Source: Tubiluchus corallicola (taxonomy: Eukaryota > Animalia > Priapulida). Taken from it: DNA of 64,000 nt. Position numbers and translations under genes: made by a program. Below the pieces are notes generated by a model. It saw nothing but the letters and a program-made list of their open reading frames with translations. It was not told the DNA's origin and made no database searches. Positions within the stretch are counted from its first letter, which is position 1, and the number at the start of each line of letters is the position of its first letter. Positions 60,081 to 64,000 of this stretch are shown here, piece after piece. The DNA is taken from the NCBI GenBank assembly GCA_030141605.1, contig JAQGDQ010000998.1, positions 1 through 64,000 of the forward strand. The letters run 5' to 3'.

Positions 60081-61475
60081 AAAGATTGTAAACGCTTTGC
60101 ATAGCTAAAAGTAATTAATACTGACATTGCCATGTACGTACCTATTAGGCTATATTAATTTTATTGATGTAATTAAATTTGTTTGACTATGCTTAATCGT
60201 TGTTAGGTAAATCAAGTAAAATACTCCAACATTTTGTTTATTCTTAAAACAATAAAACTTATAAAAAATTGTAACTGAGTAAACTGATTAATAATTTTGA
60301 ACTTCTATAGAAGTTATATGTATATCCGTTTTCAACGTTGAGAGCTAATGAATTAACATTAATAGTCCACATTGATAATTTTAATTAAATTTTTGTAGCA
60401 AACTCGAAAGACAGGAAATGTGAAAAAGTTGGGATACAATCTGGATTATAACTAATTAGATTATTTTTATTTGTATTAATTTTGAGCCAGACATTTTCGT
60501 GGATAATTAATTCACTGTTATAATCTTAATGGCAAGATTATTATTATGAAACATGTTACAAACCCTCAATTAATTACATTTTTATACCAAACTCGAATGA
60601 TAGGAAATTTGAAAAGAATGGGATGCTGCCTGAATTTGAACTAGGGACCTTCTGCATTAAATTTTGTTCCTGGTTCAAATCCAGACTGCATTTCAACTTT
60701 TTCCTCTCTTACGAGTTTGGAAATTAATTGCTGGTTTGTAACACCGTTAATAATAAACATGACATTAAGGTTATAACAATTAAGTAATCGCGGAAAATTC
60801 TGGCTCAAAATTAATCTAGTTAAAATCGTCCTAGTGTGAGCGATCTTGTACTGGAAATGCTGAACTTGGTTGTCACGTAATGACGTCATCAGTAGACTTA
60901 GAATCTACGGGTTAGTACAACCAAAATGATATTGAATGAATCTTTGTAGTCAATACTATTTATATCGAAATACTATGGAAATACTCTTTCTCCTTCTTAT
61001 CCCCCAACTCTCTCTCTTTCCCTCTCTCTTCTCTCCACCTCTTTCTCTTCTCTTCCCCGCTCTCTCTTTCTCTTCTCTCCCCATCTTTCTTTCTCTTTTC
61101 TCCCCGTCTTTCTTTCTCCCTCTTTACTTTTCGCAGTTTCCAGTTGGCAAATTACAGAAAGCCATTAAACACATTTTTTACAAAACAGCGACCAGTGACT
61201 CCAATCATTGAAGACACACCACTTTAAAAATGCGTTACTTTTGTTTCACCTCAGCATTGGTACTAACTATAGAAAAATGCTGGCTCAAAGTAATAGTAAT
61301 CGAAAAAAACTCAAAAGAATTATAATTGAAACAAAATATTGGTTATTTAAAAAACAAGCAAACATACATTGTCCGATTATTATTTTATGTTTTGAAATGT
61401 TACTGTACTTTAAGCTGGATTTCAATATGAAATAACTGCTTTATTCTCCGAATAATACACAAGTTGACATGCAAC

Positions 61476-61824
61476 CAGGGCCGGATTATGTGGCCCTTAG
61501 GCTAATGAAATTATTGGCCCCCTAACTGGGTCGCACCCATCATGAATATTTTATATTTTATCAAACTGGTGCCCCTTATCCAAATAAAGGGCTTCAAATG
61601 GGGGTCACTTATCTCAAACAAAAAAGCCTCGAAACTGGCCCTTTATCTCAAATTAGGAACCTTTTTTAAAATTGTCTTTTCAGACTTCCGGGCCTCCTTT
61701 TCTAAAGTTGAAATTTTATTTTAAGTTAAATGAATTATTCAGCAAAACAAGATATTAAAATATTATGCTAATTTAAAAAAATACATGAAACAAGGTTGAG
61801 GGCCCATAGGCTAATCTGGCCCTG
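61476..61824. mobile_element. hAT-type MITE (349 bp)
   Basis: TIR CAGGGCCGGATTA...TAATCTGGCCCTG; decayed 8-bp TSD CATGCAAC / CATTCAGC (6/8); internal GGCCCC repeats. Confidence 0.8.
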
Positions 61825-63170
61825 CATTCAGCTACCAGTAGGCCTACAATGATGGCCGCCAGTATACGAAGCAATGAGATCACTGCCTAATATTAACTAC
61901 AGACAAACAGAAACTAGCTGTAAGTTATAAAACAGACATAATCAAATACACTGTATTTAGGTTTTTATTTACTATAAAGCTGTGCAGCGAATTTACCAAA
62001 AAGAAAAACTCAAATTTGAACAGAAATATTTATCTTTTGTGCGGTGATTTTTGATATAATGTGCTCTTACGTTACGGAATGTAAATACGAGACGTGTCGC
62101 TGTCAAAATAAACTTTTATACATAGCATATATATCTTATAAAAATTAACTACGGGCTGCTGATCCGCAAACGGTACCTATATAGTTCACAATGATTACGT
62201 ACAACATTTCAAAATAGTTCTGATATAGCTAATTAGACTACATTGATCATAATGTCATTAAATGTACAACAGTTCAAAATAGTTCTAATGTAGCTAATAG
62301 CACTAAATTAATCACAATGTCATTAGTAGAAACGTATGACAATAATTTTCCAGGAGCCCAAGAAGGTTTGTTTGACATAGCAAGAACAAAAGGGATGAGA
62401 TTTAATAACTAAGCCCTAATAAAAGTTTTGGCGCTGGTGTCATTGGAGTACTCAGATATGCTGCTAATTAGCACTAATTTAGGCGTGTTTAAGTTGATTA
62501 GAAACAGAAGTTACTGATGACTCATTAAAAGCATAAGTGCGTTATAGAGCATTATCACTGCCCCAAAAGCCGTTTTAGAATTTATTTCAATCACGATCTA
62601 ATTCTTGCTAAGGGCAAAACTGGTCTTGACATGTGTCCTGTAAAGGCTTCATACAAAAATTTACACTCAAAATGCACCTGTTTCATTGGTGTACTAAATA
62701 ATATATAAATAAATATATTATTTCCTCAAAGATGTGGGTTAGGTAAGGGAACTGAAACCTAAGAAAATTGGAACTTGATTTTCATTTCGCTAAAGCGTTG
62801 CTTTCTTGCTAAAAAATTTGGAGTGGCTTGAGTAATAAATCTAAAGACTGGTAGAGGAGATCACACCTTATCAGACGGTCCATTTCTTTCAGGCATCAAA
62901 CTTTCTGCACTTACAATGCCAAAAGAATTCCATAGGATCCCAGACCATACGGAGCAAAGAAAATATAAAATTTGTGGGAAAATGTCTCACACATTTTAAA
63001 ACCAACTAAATTAGATAAGATAGCTAGAGTTCACATTAAAAATTACTACACTTTACACGAAATTTCCACTAACAACAAACAAAATTATATCACAAGATCT
63101 GACTATTATACAAGTTTACTCTTACCGCTTCTTGTAGAGTTCCGAATGTTTGCTAACTAAAAATACATTC

Positions 63171-63173
<3 letters not shown>

Positions 63174-63217
<44 letters not shown>
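63174..63217. repeat. (TA)n microsatellite
   Basis: Direct reading. Confidence 0.97.
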
Positions 63218-63219
<2 letters not shown>

Positions 63220-64000
63220 GTATACACTAACAAAAATATATATTCTTTATTTATCATACCGCTTAACTCACAGTAATAAGTGACTAATAATACTACATAT
63301 TCCACCATATCTAATAATACTGATACTATACACTCTTTATCAACTTAATCACTGCACATTTGCGCTATAATGAGCCAAAGTTAACATTTACTTTAAGGTT
63401 CATTTAGAAGCAAAATGCTGGGTTCGTACGCATGATGGCGCAGGTGCCTGTGAAAGTCATAGATAGATAAATCAATTTTGGCTCAGAGCCCCACTGTACT
63501 TGACCTAGTCTGACAAGAGGCTTGACTGTGTCTTCAAGATTAATGGGTTAAAAGTACCCGGTAATCATTAGACTCAGGCCTAGCCTTCTAACATTAGCAC
63601 AGTTGGTGAACGAATAAGTTTTTCAGACTAGTAAAACAAAACTGGTTTTTAAAAGTATTTAGATGGGTGACTGTAAGTAATCACCAAAGAAATGGCAGTT
63701 TTCAATTTATAATCAGATACAGATCAACGGACAAAACTTCCAAGCGCTTTTGCAAATTCTTTCTTTTTGTAATTGACTTTACCACCTATTAATCTGTTAA
63801 ATAACAGTATTAACTCATGCTATCATCACTTAGGAAGTAAAGGAACTAAGTGGGCCTCTTATACTTGTTTGCAATTAAGACAGTTAAGAGTAACAAGACT
63901 GACTAGTCACTTTAATGGAGAAAACGTATGACTCGATTGTCCCAGCACTTTGGCTGCCCGCCTTGGTTAAGATGTAAAAGATTTTTGCTTCAAATGTTGA

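Noticed and set aside
60623-60691. B-box-like GGTTCAAATCC within a short imperfect hairpin
   Set aside because: No A box or cloverleaf; likely inverted SINE scraps.

Overview
AT-rich, intron-rich animal (invertebrate, probably protostome) genomic DNA, not prokaryotic. Four host protein-coding genes can be assembled by hand with GT-AG junctions and consistent reading phases. (1) An SLC17/sialin-like MFS anion transporter, minus strand, ~10.2-17.3 kb. (2) A three-exon ANKRD63-like ankyrin-repeat gene, plus strand, 29075-45810. (3) An intact, intronless sphingosine-1-phosphate phosphatase (SGPP/PAP2 family) ORF at 31383-32747, nested on the SAME strand inside the ~13-kb first coding intron of the ankyrin gene and bracketed by two direct-orientation copies of a ~0.7-kb repeat. 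(4) A six-exon lysocardiolipin acyltransferase (LCLAT1-like), minus strand, 51077-57781. The window opens in the pol gene of a young Bel/Pao LTR retrotransposon (one frameshift, PPT and ~293-bp 3' LTR visible). The rest is LINE remnants, MITEs with readable TIRs/TSDs (Harbinger with a MADF remnant, hAT, AT-TSD and TA-TSD types), microsatellites, a minisatellite and a near-identical ~0.75-kb tandem duplication. The most notable arrangement is the same-strand nested, repeat-flanked, intronless SGPP. No CRISPR array, rRNA or intact tRNA was seen. All calls come from reading the sequence; no database searches were run.
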